From assembly GCA_017993955.1 (NCBI GenBank), contig JAGOLR010000003.1:6878-70877 (forward strand): a DNA stretch of 64,000 bases, in the 5' to 3' direction. The DNA comes from Candidatus Omnitrophota bacterium (lineage in GTDB: Bacteria > Omnitrophota > Gorgyraeia > 2-01-FULL-45-10). A program made the translations under genes and the position numbers. How positions within the stretch are numbered: the first letter of the stretch is position 1; each line of letters begins with the position of its first letter. The notes beneath the pieces were generated by a model, which was not told where the DNA came from, did not search any database, and saw only the letters and a list, made by a program, of their open reading frames with translations. Shown one piece after another: positions 19,293-30,656 of this stretch.

Positions 19293-20072
19293 GTGCCCTT
19301 GGTATTTTTTGTAATACCTGCCTATAACGAGGAAGAAAACATATCACATCTTCTAGGATCCGTAGAAAAAAAGATGTGCGAGATAGGTCTGCCCTACAAG
19401 ATAGTTATAATAGATGACGGGAGCAAAGACGGCACCAGTTCTCTTCTCCAGGGATATAGTGCAGATTTCCCGGTCGTGCTATTAAAGCATGAAGTTAACA
19501 GGAATGTAGGACAAGTATTCCGGACCGGTTTCCGTTATGTCATAGATCATGCTAAGACCGGGGACGTGGTCATAACAAAAGAATCGGACAATACAGGCGA
19601 TCTTAACCTGTTGCCAGAAATGCTCGATAGGCTCAATAACGGGTCAGATATTGTTCTGGCATCGTGCTATGCCAAAGGCGGGAAGGTGCTTGGCGCCACT
19701 ATTGATAGAGTCATCATGAGCAGGGTGGTTAATTCGATGATGAGGCTCCTATTTCCTGTCAAGGGCGCCAGTACTTACAGTTCATTTTATCGGGCTCATA
19801 AAGTAGATGTATTGAAGAAAGCAATGTCAGTGTATGGTGAAAAACTTATCGAGGAATCCGGATTTACATGCATGGCGGAAATGCTGATAAAGTTTAGCAG
19901 GCTCTCTATGAATATTTCCGAGATACCGATGATTCTCCGATGTGATACAAGGAAAGGCAAGAGCAAGATGAATAAAACCAGAACAATCCTTGCCTATTTC
20001 CGTCTCATATTTAAGGAGTTAAAGATGCTGAATCTGCAGCAGATGAGCGAAGAAAATATGTCAGGATATTAA
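19293..20072 (+). CDS. GT2 polyprenol-phosphate glycosyltransferase (DPM1/ArnC/GtrB-like); GTG start
   Basis: 'FFVIPAYNEEENISHLLGSV...KIVIIDDGSKDGTS'. It has a short single-domain GT2 architecture and is followed by GT-C-like membrane proteins. Confidence 0.7.
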   Translation: MPLVFFVIPAYNEEENISHLLGSVEKKMCEIGLPYKIVIIDDGSKDGTSSLLQGYSADFPVVLLKHEVNRNVGQVFRTGFRYVIDHAKTGDVVITKESDNTGDLNLLPEMLDRLNNGSDIVLASCYAKGGKVLGATIDRVIMSRVVNSMMRLLFPVKGASTYSSFYRAHKVDVLKKAMSVYGEKLIEESGFTCMAEMLIKFSRLSMNISEIPMILRCDTRKGKSKMNKTRTILAYFRLIFKELKMLNLQQMSEENMSGY

Positions 20073-20091
20073 TAAGAGGCGGCGGATTTCT

Positions 20092-21609
20092 TTGATTAAA
20101 AATATTTCCTATATAAATGCAGTGATATTTACACTTCTTTTAGGGCTGGCTTTGTCGGTGCGGATTATCAATATGAATAAGGATTTCACCGGAGATGAAA
20201 CTCTCCTGATCGGCATATCAAAGCTTGATGTAGGCAGTGTGATCCCCGCCCTTAAACATATCGATGCCTATCCGCCTTTAACTTATCTGGCGATCCATTA
20301 TATGATGCAGGTTAGCCATTCCGAAGCCTTCGTGCGGCTTTATTTTGTTTTCTTCGGTATCGGGAATTGTGTATTGATATATTTGATGGCAAGGGAATTA
20401 TTGGATGAAGGATTCGCGAATATAGTGCTCATGCTCTCAGCCTTATCGCCCCTGCTAATTTTTGCATCTCAATATGTGAGAAGTTATATCGATTCGTCTT
20501 TTTGGATGCTTGCCTCAGTTTTATTTATGTTAAAAATATTGAAAGGATCAAACTCCCGATTTTGCTGGATTGGGTATATGATTTCGGCCTCTTTAGCAGT
20601 ATATACTTTTTATTTTTCCGCACTTCTTATATTTACGCAATTTTTATTTGTTACCGTGTTTTTTCATAATAATATGAAGTATCTTGTGAAATGGTATGCC
20701 GCTTTTTTAACAGTCGGCATTCTTTTTTTGCCATGGGCACCTTCAGCCTTGCAGCAGTTTCGCAATGCATCAAGCATAATATTCGATTGGTCGTCAAAAG
20801 GTTTTGTCATAGGTCCGTTTAAGGTGGGGGTATATTTGCGGAATATTTCCGCGATACTGGGTTTTGATCCTTTCTTTATGGTCTTCGAAAAAGGCATAAA
20901 TGCCCATTTCTCCAGGTTTTCTTTGTTGGTAGTTGCTATTATAGCAGCAGCGATATTTTTACTGGCCTTGGTTCGATCAGTCAGAATACTTTTATTCAGG
21001 TTTCAAAGCAGGCGTTATATCGCATGGTTCTTTCCTTTTATGGTTTTTGTCCCGGTTTTATCGGCGTGGGTTGCGGCAGCTCTTATTAATACATATCCCA
21101 CCTCAAAATATTTTGTCGCATTTCATTCGATGTATCTGATACTTTTATCTATTATTATCATTTCCGTGCTGAAAAAAAACAAAGTTTTTGGTTTTATCTT
21201 TGTTTTTACAGTTGTCTTGGCCTATGCTTTAAGAATCCCACAGGCTGTGTCAGTAGAATTCGATAACAAAGGAGCTATGTCTTATCTGCAGGATAAAGTC
21301 GAATCAGGAGCGCCTGTTTTGTGTATACGATCACTGCTAAATGAGAGTATGAAGGACGCGATAAGGCTAGATCCTTTCATAAAATTAAACGAAAAGGGCA
21401 CAGAATATATCGTGTCATCCATGAGTGAATGGAGTAGTGTAAAAAACAGAATTAGCGTTTTTCCAAAAGTGTTAGGATATAAAATATACGGTAACGATGA
21501 AATTTTTGGGGCCAACAAGCTTTTGGACAATCTGGCCGAGGATGCCGGATTTTCCATTTCTAGCGTGAAGAAATTTAAGAATATTGACGTCATAGAATAT
21601 GAAAAATAG
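20092..21609 (+). CDS. polytopic membrane protein, putative GT-C-fold glycosyltransferase (ArnT/PMT-like); TTG start
   Basis: About 11 predicted hydrophobic helices. An early loop carries 'NKDFTGDETLL' with a DE motif. It is located directly after the polyprenol-P GT2. Confidence 0.5.
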   Translation: MIKNISYINAVIFTLLLGLALSVRIINMNKDFTGDETLLIGISKLDVGSVIPALKHIDAYPPLTYLAIHYMMQVSHSEAFVRLYFVFFGIGNCVLIYLMARELLDEGFANIVLMLSALSPLLIFASQYVRSYIDSSFWMLASVLFMLKILKGSNSRFCWIGYMISASLAVYTFYFSALLIFTQFLFVTVFFHNNMKYLVKWYAAFLTVGILFLPWAPSALQQFRNASSIIFDWSSKGFVIGPFKVGVYLRNISAILGFDPFFMVFEKGINAHFSRFSLLVVAIIAAAIFLLALVRSVRILLFRFQSRRYIAWFFPFMVFVPVLSAWVAAALINTYPTSKYFVAFHSMYLILLSIIIISVLKKNKVFGFIFVFTVVLAYALRIPQAVSVEFDNKGAMSYLQDKVESGAPVLCIRSLLNESMKDAIRLDPFIKLNEKGTEYIVSSMSEWSSVKNRISVFPKVLGYKIYGNDEIFGANKLLDNLAEDAGFSISSVKKFKNIDVIEYEK

Positions 21610-22999
21610 TGTAGTTGCTATAATAATTTCAATATTGCTGGCAGCCTTTGTAACAATATTTTTATCGGCTGCCGTATGGATCATGGGTGTGTGGGCTCTT
21701 TGTATATTCCTAATATTTCAGGTTGTGAAGTCATTTGAGGATAGAAAGATAGTATTTTTTACCATCATATGGGCCCTAATCGTAAGGTTCATATTGGTGT
21801 GCCTTTACGGAATCGTTTGCCATAAGATGCATACTCCGGACGTGTTGGGTGATGCGTGCGCTTATAGCTCATATGGCATATATCTGGCAGAGATATTTAC
21901 AGGAAAACCATATCCCAGATTTCCGGTCGTGTCTATACTATGGAATTCGCTGATGGGTGATAGTCCAAAAATGGGGGAGTATCAGGTGAATTGCATAGCT
22001 TATTTGCAGGGCATCGCTTTTTCCGTATTCGGATATTCAACTCTGACTATAAAACTTTTTAATTCGTTATTAGGGGTTATGACTGGTTTTGTAGCGTACA
22101 TTTTTTTACGTAAAAAAATAGGCACTCGCGTAGCAGCCATTTCACTTTTCTTGATCCTCTTCTATCCCAGCATTTTAGTATGGTCTATAACAGGCCTTAA
22201 AGATACGCTGCTTATGTTTTTATCGCTATTGTCGATGACGGCGATGCCGGGCTTGTTTACACTTGGGAAAAAGCTAAAAGAAAAGATAACGCCATGCGTT
22301 ATTATACTACTTTGCGCAATTGTATCGGGTCTTACCAGAAAAGGGATGATGTATTTCTATCTTTTGGTTTTGACAATGACTTATATTTTTATTATGCTTG
22401 CCGAAAGAAAAATTTTAAAGAAAACTTTTGTAGCGCTTTTTTTATTCGCATCGGTTTTATTCCTTACCAATTTAGGTAATGTGAGAAGCGGATTTGCGAG
22501 TATTGCAAATAAGGTTATAGTTTACCAAAAAGGACAGAGCACATCTAAAGGAAAGACCTTTTACAAGGTCTACCCCGATAGGTTCTACAAATTAGTTGGC
22601 CCCAACAAAAGCTTTATGCCGGAGGGACTGTCCTTAGGAGAGGTCGCCGTATCTTTCTTTAAAGGAACGACATATTTTTTCTTTTCCCCATTTCTTACTC
22701 ACTTAAAAATAAGCCGACATTTAATATTCGTTTATGTTCAGGCGCTTTTCTCCTTATTTATCTTTCCGCTCATGATTATCGGAGTGAATTGGTCGCTTCG
22801 CCATCAAATGCGTTCTTTTCTTCCGATGTTCATATTCATGACGTTATCCTGGGCTATCGGAGGATTGATTTCGGGAAATATAGGCACAGCTTTTAGGCAT
22901 AGAGATATGATAATGCCGGCCTATCTTATATTTGCTGTTATAGGATTTTGTAAATTATTTAGGCTGAAAGACGATTTGGAAGACAAGGGCTGGAAATAG
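21599..22999 (+). CDS. polytopic membrane protein, putative GT-C-like glycosyltransferase/polymerase
   Basis: Multiple TM helices are predicted. It is second in a row of three large membrane proteins. Confidence 0.4.
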   Translation: MKNSVVAIIISILLAAFVTIFLSAAVWIMGVWALCIFLIFQVVKSFEDRKIVFFTIIWALIVRFILVCLYGIVCHKMHTPDVLGDACAYSSYGIYLAEIFTGKPYPRFPVVSILWNSLMGDSPKMGEYQVNCIAYLQGIAFSVFGYSTLTIKLFNSLLGVMTGFVAYIFLRKKIGTRVAAISLFLILFYPSILVWSITGLKDTLLMFLSLLSMTAMPGLFTLGKKLKEKITPCVIILLCAIVSGLTRKGMMYFYLLVLTMTYIFIMLAERKILKKTFVALFLFASVLFLTNLGNVRSGFASIANKVIVYQKGQSTSKGKTFYKVYPDRFYKLVGPNKSFMPEGLSLGEVAVSFFKGTTYFFFSPFLTHLKISRHLIFVYVQALFSLFIFPLMIIGVNWSLRHQMRSFLPMFIFMTLSWAIGGLISGNIGTAFRHRDMIMPAYLIFAVIGFCKLFRLKDDLEDKGWK

Positions 23000-24672
23000 T
23001 GCCGAACCAAAAAAATGCTACAACTATAGTCTTGTTTATATTGCTGTTAAATGCAATTCTCACTGTTTATGGTATTAATTGGGGTTTGCCTGATAGGTGG
23101 AATGTCGATGAACAGGTTGCGAAATCTCTAAGACTTATAGCGTCGCGCTCTATATTTACAGTCGTAGACACTGCCCATCCTCAATTATATAACATTGTCT
23201 TGGCGTTATTTATGTTGCCGTATCTTGCAATCCTTAAGATTGCAGGTTATCCGTTGGTGATCATACAATCTGCCGCTTCGGTTTCCTGGATAAATCTTGC
23301 TGCAGCCAGGCCAGATTTTGCGGTGAATATATATCTAATAGGCAGGTCTGCTTCTGTTCTTTTTAACCTGGCAAGCATAATATTGCTTTATCAAATCGCT
23401 AAAATCGCATACGGGAAAAAAGAAATAGCGTTATTTTCTATATTGATAATGTCTTCGAGCATGGGGTTTGTAGAGATGGGGCACTTTGCCAAGGGGACTT
23501 CGTTGTTATTTTTGCTATTATTAAGTGTTGTGTTTTTTATTTTTAAGTCTCTCAAAACAGATTTTAAAAGGAACTATTATATAGCCGCCTTTCTGGCTGG
23601 AAGTTGCGTCGCGACCCAGGCGGATGGTGCATTGTCAGTGTTTTATCTGGCTGCCGGTTTATTAATGCATATTCATGATAAGAAAACCGGTGTAAAAGAA
23701 GTGTCCGGCTACCTTTTGATAAGTTTTTTATTGTTTATAACCGGGATAATCTTATTATGGCCTGCTCTATGGGTCAATTTAAATAAATATTTCATCGGCT
23801 CATTGGCTGCTTATTCTACAAGTCATCCAATCAGCCTGGCTATATTGAAAGAAAAAATAATATCGAACCTAGCGCAGCTTGTTTATATATTTACTCCGTC
23901 TATTGCTTTATTTGTATTTGCAGGTAGTGTCAGCAGTATTTTTACATGGAGGTCCTGCTATCCGTACACGCCTATTTTTTTATTTGTACTTATACCGTAC
24001 TTTTTGATGGCGATATTTTATTTCACCGCTTTCCCCGGATCATCGACAAAATTTTTAATACACGCTGTACCCGCGCTTTCAATATGGGGCGGCGCAGCTA
24101 TCTATAAATTTATTGATTTTACCGGTAGTCTTAGAATATTCAGGATCGCCGTTGTCGCAGTGATGTTTGCTTTTGCTGTGCTGTACACTGCAAAAGGGGA
24201 TGCCGTATTTGCGAAATATGATACAAGATACTCCAGTGGAAATTGGATAAAGGAGAATATTCCTGTTTCGGCATCCTTGGAGCATTTTCAAGAAATCGAT
24301 CTTTTGTTCCCATCTTCCATACTGAAGACCCATCGAGTGATATTTCATGGTAAGGATTCAAGAGATTACGATGGAAAGCGATTTTATGACTCGGAGGACA
24401 TGAGTATTATGAATAGTTATATTAACGATTTAGATCCTGACAGCGTTAAGTCAGATTATATCGTACTGGCTTCCGGAAAGGATTTTTTGATGCCGCTTTC
24501 TATGCAGTCTTCGAACGCAGACCATAATATTATCTATAGACTTCTTGAAGGTTCGCAAGGTAATTACCAACTGGTAAGAAGATTCGAATATGATGAGTCT
24601 GTATTATTTAATCCCAGACCGGCGTATACCGCGCCCGTAATTTCTATTTTTAAACGCATAGAAGAAAGGTGA
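22999..24672 (+). CDS. polytopic membrane protein, putative GT-C-fold glycosyltransferase (ArnT/PMT-like)
   Basis: N-terminal TM helices with 'GINWGLPDRWNVDEQ' in the first loop. It has a large C-terminal soluble domain (about 170 aa). Confidence 0.45.
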   Translation: MPNQKNATTIVLFILLLNAILTVYGINWGLPDRWNVDEQVAKSLRLIASRSIFTVVDTAHPQLYNIVLALFMLPYLAILKIAGYPLVIIQSAASVSWINLAAARPDFAVNIYLIGRSASVLFNLASIILLYQIAKIAYGKKEIALFSILIMSSSMGFVEMGHFAKGTSLLFLLLLSVVFFIFKSLKTDFKRNYYIAAFLAGSCVATQADGALSVFYLAAGLLMHIHDKKTGVKEVSGYLLISFLLFITGIILLWPALWVNLNKYFIGSLAAYSTSHPISLAILKEKIISNLAQLVYIFTPSIALFVFAGSVSSIFTWRSCYPYTPIFLFVLIPYFLMAIFYFTAFPGSSTKFLIHAVPALSIWGGAAIYKFIDFTGSLRIFRIAVVAVMFAFAVLYTAKGDAVFAKYDTRYSSGNWIKENIPVSASLEHFQEIDLLFPSSILKTHRVIFHGKDSRDYDGKRFYDSEDMSIMNSYINDLDPDSVKSDYIVLASGKDFLMPLSMQSSNADHNIIYRLLEGSQGNYQLVRRFEYDESVLFNPRPAYTAPVISIFKRIEER

Positions 24673-24676
24673 AAAA

Positions 24677-25780
24677 ATGATATCTGTATTCGGTTCCAGA
24701 GTCGGGAAGGAAGAAATAGAGGAGATCAGGACAAGTATAGACAGCCAATGGCTCGGTATAGGGCCAAAAACAAAAAAGTTTGAAGAAAAATTTGCTGAAC
24801 GGCTAGGCCTTCCGTCGTTTGTAATGCTCAATAGCGGTTCAAATAGTCTCTACATGGCTATCAAGGTATTGAATCTCCCCAAAGGCTCCGAAGTCATATT
24901 ACCATCATTTACCTGGATAGCATGCGCGCATGCCATAGCGCTTGCGGGATGCAGGCCTGTGTTCTGCGATGTAGATTTCGAGACTCAGAATGTTACAGCC
25001 GAAACTGTAAAGTCGTGCATAACGGATAAGACCCGCGCTGTAATGGTGGTGCATTATGCCGGCAAACCTGTCAAGATGAAGGAGATAATGGGGTTGGGGT
25101 TCCCAGTAATTGAGGATGCTGCGCATGCCGTCGACTCGATGGTGGGAGATCGGTATTGCGGTTCCATGGGGGACGTCGGAATATACAGTTTTGACGCTGT
25201 AAAAAATTTAAGCATAGGAGAAGCGGGTGGGATCACGACAAAAGATGCGCGTCTTGTCGATATGATCAAGAAGTTGAGGTATTGCGGAATAGGTAAATCC
25301 GGGTTCGAGGCTTCGACTTCAAAACAGCGCTGGTGGGAATATGACATAGTGGATTTTTTTCCCAAGATGATTCCGGACGATATTGCTTCGTCGATAGGCA
25401 TAGCGCAGCTGGCTAAGCTGGATGAGAATCAGGCTATACGGAAGAAGTATTGGAATGTTTATAAGAAAGAGCTCGGAGGTCTGTCGTGGCTTGAGCTTCC
25501 TGAAGATGCAGACGATGGCGAGCGGCATTCGTATTTTACTTACTGTATACGGGTCAAAAATAATCGTCGCGACGCTCTCGCGCAGTATCTTTTTAAAAAT
25601 AATATATATACGACATTGAGGTTTCATCCTCTTCATATGAATCCGATATACGGTTCTGTTGCTAAACTGCCAAATAGCGAAAGATTGAATGAAGTAGCTC
25701 TCAATATACCGCTCCATCCGGGGCTGTCCGAATCAGACCTTAACTGCGTGATAGAAAAGATAAGGGATTTTAATGGCTGA
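24677..25780 (+). CDS. DegT/DnrJ/EryC1/StrS PLP-dependent sugar aminotransferase (ArnB-like)
   Basis: '[31 protein letters not shown]' and '[16 protein letters not shown]' (PLP-Lys). Confidence 0.8.
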   Translation: MISVFGSRVGKEEIEEIRTSIDSQWLGIGPKTKKFEEKFAERLGLPSFVMLNSGSNSLYMAIKVLNLPKGSEVILPSFTWIACAHAIALAGCRPVFCDVDFETQNVTAETVKSCITDKTRAVMVVHYAGKPVKMKEIMGLGFPVIEDAAHAVDSMVGDRYCGSMGDVGIYSFDAVKNLSIGEAGGITTKDARLVDMIKKLRYCGIGKSGFEASTSKQRWWEYDIVDFFPKMIPDDIASSIGIAQLAKLDENQAIRKKYWNVYKKELGGLSWLELPEDADDGERHSYFTYCIRVKNNRRDALAQYLFKNNIYTTLRFHPLHMNPIYGSVAKLPNSERLNEVALNIPLHPGLSESDLNCVIEKIRDFNG

Positions 25781-27152
25781 TCGTTTAAATCGAAATAAAA
25801 GGAAAATAGCAGTCGTTGGCGGAGGATGCGCCGGGCTCGCTGCGGCATTGCGTCTTTTGAAAAACGGTCATGAGGTCTCGGTTTTTGAGGAAAGGGAGCG
25901 AGTGGGCGGGCTTGCCGGAGGCGTTGTTATAAACGGAAACCTGTATGATTACGGGCCGCATCTATTCCATACAACGGATCCTGAGATACTCCATGATATC
26001 CAAACAATAGCGCGGGATGATATTTTTGTTGTGCAGAGATCAATACTCATAAAATTTTTAGGCTCATATTTTAAATACCCTCTATCGATTCCTGACGCTA
26101 TGTCAAAGTTGCCCCCTTCAACTTTATTTAAGGCCATGCTAAGCTTTATCTATCATAATGCCAGATCGCTTTTAATAAAACCTAAGATCAGGACGTCAGA
26201 AACCGTTCTTTTGAGTCAGTACGGAAAAGTTTTATATGAATTATTTTTTAAATCATACATAGAGCACGTATGGGGAATATCGCCCTCGCAGTTTTCTCCT
26301 AAATTTGCGTCTCAACGGATACCAAGGCTTTCGGCGGTGGACTTCTTATACAAGATCGTTTCAAGTATCCACAAAACATTCTCGAGGCATATCCCGGTAG
26401 GCGATTATGTCGAGAATGTGGAAGGGTCTCTTTATTCAACAGAAAAAAGTTTTTTTGGAGTTGCGGAGAAGATGGCGTATGAAATAGAGCGAAAGGGCGG
26501 GGGTGTTCATCTGGACTCCCGCGTAACAAAGATAAAGCGGCTGCCGGAAGGCGCTTTTACAGTAGAGGTTAATTCAGAAGAAAGAGGCGAAGTCTATGAC
26601 GGAGTGATCAGCACGGCGCCTCTCGGGGCACTGGTAGATATACTGGAGCCTTCTATCGACGAGGATGCTAAGAGGGCCGCAAAAGAACTCAAGCATCGTC
26701 CGATAGTTTTTGTCGGGCTACTGATAAAAAAAGAAAAGGTCCTTCCTGCGGCAATTATGTATTTTCGCGAGTTATCATTCAATAGAATAACGGATCTTTC
26801 TTATTTCGGGATAAAGGTAGAACCCGAGAAGCATACTTTAATAATAGCTGAGATAGCATGCGACACGAATAGCAGGTTCTGGAAAGACGAATCTCATGCG
26901 GCTGAAAGCGTTATCCGGGAACTTTTAGCGGATAATATTGTAGAGAAGGCTGACATTAAGGAAGCGCACGTGTTCAGGTCTAGATATGCGTATCCGGTAT
27001 TTGCTCTAGGTTTTGAGGATAACCTGGATAAGGTATTGCGGGCTTTATATTCTTATGGAAACATCAGGACTGCGGGCAGACAGGGCCAGTTCAAATATGT
27101 GAATATACATGTAGCTATAAAGATGGGCTACGACGCCGCAGATTCATTTTGA
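25773..27152 (+). CDS. FAD/NAD(P)-binding oxidoreductase (amine-oxidase/protoporphyrinogen-oxidase-like fold)
   Basis: '[40 protein letters not shown]' shows a dinucleotide-binding motif. Confidence 0.6.
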   Translation: MADRLNRNKRKIAVVGGGCAGLAAALRLLKNGHEVSVFEERERVGGLAGGVVINGNLYDYGPHLFHTTDPEILHDIQTIARDDIFVVQRSILIKFLGSYFKYPLSIPDAMSKLPPSTLFKAMLSFIYHNARSLLIKPKIRTSETVLLSQYGKVLYELFFKSYIEHVWGISPSQFSPKFASQRIPRLSAVDFLYKIVSSIHKTFSRHIPVGDYVENVEGSLYSTEKSFFGVAEKMAYEIERKGGGVHLDSRVTKIKRLPEGAFTVEVNSEERGEVYDGVISTAPLGALVDILEPSIDEDAKRAAKELKHRPIVFVGLLIKKEKVLPAAIMYFRELSFNRITDLSYFGIKVEPEKHTLIIAEIACDTNSRFWKDESHAAESVIRELLADNIVEKADIKEAHVFRSRYAYPVFALGFEDNLDKVLRALYSYGNIRTAGRQGQFKYVNIHVAIKMGYDAADSF

Positions 27153-27859
27153 GCGGAATATATTGGAAAGAAAGGTTTTTAGCAATGAGTGATAGAGACT
27201 ATTTTAAAAGAGCTCTAACGTTTTCCGTATTTGATAAAATAGCTTTTTCAGTCAGGCGGAGAATATTCGATCTGTTCTTACAATATATTAAACCGGGTAG
27301 GGAGGAAAGCATTGTAGATATAGGCGTATTTGCCGGTTCGGAAGATCCTGATCAAAACTTTCTTGAGCAGTTTTACGATTATCCGCATCGTATAACAGGT
27401 GTCGGCATAGAAGACGCATCCTTTTTAGAAAGACAATACCCAGGGTTAAGGTTTGTCAAAGTATCACCAGGAGAAAAGTTGCCATTTAAAGACGGCCAGT
27501 TCGACGTCGGATTTTCTAGTGCTACGATAGAACATGTGGGTAGTAGAGAAGATCAAAGATTATTCCTTGAGGAAGGTCTCAGGGTATGCCGCCGGTTTTT
27601 TTTAACCACCCCTAACCGGTTTTATCCGATTGAGTTTCATACTCGACTACCCCTATTGCATTGCCTGCCGCAACCATTATTTAGAAGGATATTGAAAATG
27701 ATCGGGCTCGATTTCTATTCTGAAGAGAAGAACCTGAATCTTCTTGGCAAAAAGGACCTGATGAACCTAGTTCCTACATCGTATCGAAGTAAAGCAAGCA
27801 TGATACCTTGTCGCCTATTAGGCGTTACTTCTAATCTTATCCTCGTAGTTAAAAAATAG
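27149..27859 (+). CDS. class I SAM-dependent methyltransferase-like protein
   Basis: '[12 protein letters not shown]' and '[13 protein letters not shown]'. Confidence 0.5.
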   Translation: MSGIYWKERFLAMSDRDYFKRALTFSVFDKIAFSVRRRIFDLFLQYIKPGREESIVDIGVFAGSEDPDQNFLEQFYDYPHRITGVGIEDASFLERQYPGLRFVKVSPGEKLPFKDGQFDVGFSSATIEHVGSREDQRLFLEEGLRVCRRFFLTTPNRFYPIEFHTRLPLLHCLPQPLFRRILKMIGLDFYSEEKNLNLLGKKDLMNLVPTSYRSKASMIPCRLLGVTSNLILVVKK

Positions 27860-27866
27860 TGAAACT

Positions 27867-28379
27867 ATGGATAAACAAATAACTATACGACAATCTGGGG
27901 CCGATGAATTAGTTTTGCGCAGCATCAGCGGACAGGATTGCGAGAGGTTGCGCAAGTGGAAGAACGCAAATAAGAGCGCTTTTTTTTATGATAAGCACAT
28001 AACGAGTGAAGATCAAAATAAGTGGTATCTTGGATATTTGCGGGATCCTCAGAATTACATGTTCATATTGGAGCATTCTTCCGCGCCTATAGGGTGCATA
28101 GGTTTTAAGCTGGTTTGTGAAGGTGCTGACATATACAATGTCATTATGGGAGATTTGAACTATAGGCGAAAAGGTATTTTGTCTATAGGGTTAAATATGT
28201 TATGCAGCTACATAAAAAAATCTCATACTGAAAAAATATTTTTAAAGGTGCTTGATAAAAATACAACGGCTCATCGATTTTATTTAAAAAACGGATTTAT
28301 AATAACCGGCAAAAAAGAGGACCACCTTGTCATGGAAATGAGACGTAGCGTTATCTTGCCCATTGAGATATCAGAGTAA
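27867..28379 (+). CDS. GNAT-family N-acetyltransferase (PseH-like sugar N-acetyltransferase)
   Basis: 'LRSISGQDCERLRKWKNANKSAFFY' resembles the PseH N-terminus. It is a small (170 aa) GNAT fold. Confidence 0.5.
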   Translation: MDKQITIRQSGADELVLRSISGQDCERLRKWKNANKSAFFYDKHITSEDQNKWYLGYLRDPQNYMFILEHSSAPIGCIGFKLVCEGADIYNVIMGDLNYRRKGILSIGLNMLCSYIKKSHTEKIFLKVLDKNTTAHRFYLKNGFIITGKKEDHLVMEMRRSVILPIEISE

Positions 28380-28380
28380 A

Positions 28381-29565
28381 ATGAAGGTCCTTTATATAAC
28401 TTATGATGGATTGACAGATCCGCTTGGGGCCTCTCAGGTACTCCCGTATTTGAGTGGCATGGCAGACGCTGGCATTAAGTTTACTGTCATATCGTTTGAA
28501 AAAAAAGAAAAAATTAAAAATGTAATGTTGTGTAAGGCCGCTTGTTTAAAAATGGATCTCGCTACCCTGCAGTATCATAAAAAACCGCCTTTATTTTCTA
28601 CTTGTTATGATATTGCATGTGGAATAATTAAAGCATGTACAATAGTCAGGAAGGAGGGTCAAAAGATCGTACATGCCAGAGGATATGTGGCAGCTTTGGT
28701 AGCCCTCTTTATCAAGCGGATCTTTAAAACAAAATTTGTTTTTGATATGAGGGGTTTTTGGGCGGATGAGAGGTCCGAGGCAGGATTATGGAAAAAAGAC
28801 AGCCGGATCTATCGGGTAGCAAAATATTTCGAAAAACAATTTTTTTTAAAAGCGGATTATATAATATCGCTTACAAATAGCGGCAAGGAGGAGATCGCGA
28901 AACTGGGTTACCTAAAAAGTCGCCCACTTTATATAGAGGTTATCCCGACGTGCGTTGATCTTGAAAAATTCAAGCTAATTCCGGCAAATAAAACACCGGG
29001 ACAACTCAGTAAAAAGAATACGCTAGTTTATGTGGGGTCTGTCAGCACATGGTATATGCTGAAAGAGATGATAGATTTTGCTATTATGGCAAACAAGGCG
29101 GGGTTGGCTGATAAATTTATTATAGTAACCCATGAAACTGATTACGCCAAGAAGGCGCTGAAGATTGGATGTGATGACTTTATATCTGTAGTTAGCGCAA
29201 ATAGAGATGAGGTCCAAAACTATATCTCTTCAGCCAGTATCGGCCTCGCTTTTTACAAGCCCGGATACTCTAGAAAAGGTTGCTGCCCTACCAAATTAGG
29301 GGAATATCTTGCCTGCGGTGTGCCGGTTATAATAAATAGCGGTGTTGGCGATAGCGACGCTTTAGTGATGGGTGAAAGGGTCGGTGTTGTGTTAGATGAA
29401 TTTTCTGAATCCGAATATTCACGCGCAATCGATATAATTCGCGGACTTCTCGCTGAAGGCGAATCATTAAGGCTGAGATGCCGCGCTGCAGCCGCAAAAT
29501 GCCTTTCTCTTGAAACCGGTGTAAAAAGATATATAGATGTATATAGGAGCTTGTCTCGTAGGTGA
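28381..29565 (+). CDS. glycosyltransferase family 4 (exosortase/PEP-CTERM-locus-type GT)
   Basis: 'MKVLYITYDGLTDPLGASQVLPYL' at the N-terminus and a GT-B C-terminal domain. An alternative upstream start is at 28363. Confidence 0.7.
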   Translation: MKVLYITYDGLTDPLGASQVLPYLSGMADAGIKFTVISFEKKEKIKNVMLCKAACLKMDLATLQYHKKPPLFSTCYDIACGIIKACTIVRKEGQKIVHARGYVAALVALFIKRIFKTKFVFDMRGFWADERSEAGLWKKDSRIYRVAKYFEKQFFLKADYIISLTNSGKEEIAKLGYLKSRPLYIEVIPTCVDLEKFKLIPANKTPGQLSKKNTLVYVGSVSTWYMLKEMIDFAIMANKAGLADKFIIVTHETDYAKKALKIGCDDFISVVSANRDEVQNYISSASIGLAFYKPGYSRKGCCPTKLGEYLACGVPVIINSGVGDSDALVMGERVGVVLDEFSESEYSRAIDIIRGLLAEGESLRLRCRAAAAKCLSLETGVKRYIDVYRSLSRR

Positions 29566-30656
29566 ATATACTATTTTGGGTCCCCTATCCCAAAGAGGGG
29601 GCTAGTAACAGATACAGAATAGGGCAGTATCTGCCGTATCTAGATAAGGCTGGAATAAAATATTCCATACGCAGCTTTTGGACATCCGGATCATATGCTG
29701 TGCTCTATAAAGAGGGGCATTATGTAAAGAAAACGTTTTATTTTTTATCCGGGGTGTTATCGCGTATAATGGATATTTTTTTATTACATAGGTACGATCT
29801 GGTTTTTGTTCACAGGGAGGCGGTGCCTATAGGGACCAGTATCTTCGAATCCCTGCTAACCATATTGAGAAAACCTTTCATATTTGATTTTGATGATGCT
29901 ATTTTCCTGCCCAGTTCCAGCCGGTATAATAATTTCATAGAAAAATTGAAAAGACCTGATAAGGTAAAAAAAATCATAAAGATGAGCAGTTGCGTCATCG
30001 CCGGGAATAATTATCTTGCGGAATTTGCCCGTGTCTATAATGATCATGTCAAGGTGATAAATACTCCTATAGATACAGAAAAATACGCTCCTACGGTTAA
30101 CGGGTCTGCGCGGGATGCCGTTATTATTGGATGGATGGGCAGCGCAACAACTTTGGAATTCATCGATATGCTCAAAGGCGTTTTTAAACGGCTGGAAGCA
30201 AGATTTGCCGACAAAGTAACAGTAAAGATAGTCGGAGGGGATGTTCCTAAGGAGGACTTTCCATCTAATGTTGTCAGCAAGCCCTGGGCATTGGATGAAG
30301 AACCCGTTGACCTGACCTCATTCGATATAGGCATAATGCCGATGCCGGACAATGAGTGGACGCGCGGGAAATGTGGTTTTAAGGCGATATTATATATGAG
30401 TTGCGGTATACCATGCGTTTCATCTCCTGTTGGTATAAACAAGGATGTAATTGAGGACGGCGTTAACGGATTTTTAGCTTACAGTGACGATGAATGGTTT
30501 GAAAAACTGTCTTTCCTTATAGAAAATCCTGCAGAACGAAACAGGCTGGGGAAGGCTGCCAGAAAGACTATTGAAGCAAAGTATTCTCTCAAGGTTAACG
30601 CCCCAAAATTTCTAAACGTATTTAAAGATATATCAGTAAGAAAGGCTGCCAAATAA
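29562..30656 (+). CDS. glycosyltransferase family 4
   Basis: GT-B fold with C-terminal 'GFKAILYMSCGIPCVSSPVGINKDVIEDGVNGFL'. Confidence 0.7.
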   Translation: MNILFWVPYPKEGASNRYRIGQYLPYLDKAGIKYSIRSFWTSGSYAVLYKEGHYVKKTFYFLSGVLSRIMDIFLLHRYDLVFVHREAVPIGTSIFESLLTILRKPFIFDFDDAIFLPSSSRYNNFIEKLKRPDKVKKIIKMSSCVIAGNNYLAEFARVYNDHVKVINTPIDTEKYAPTVNGSARDAVIIGWMGSATTLEFIDMLKGVFKRLEARFADKVTVKIVGGDVPKEDFPSNVVSKPWALDEEPVDLTSFDIGIMPMPDNEWTRGKCGFKAILYMSCGIPCVSSPVGINKDVIEDGVNGFLAYSDDEWFEKLSFLIENPAERNRLGKAARKTIEAKYSLKVNAPKFLNVFKDISVRKAAK

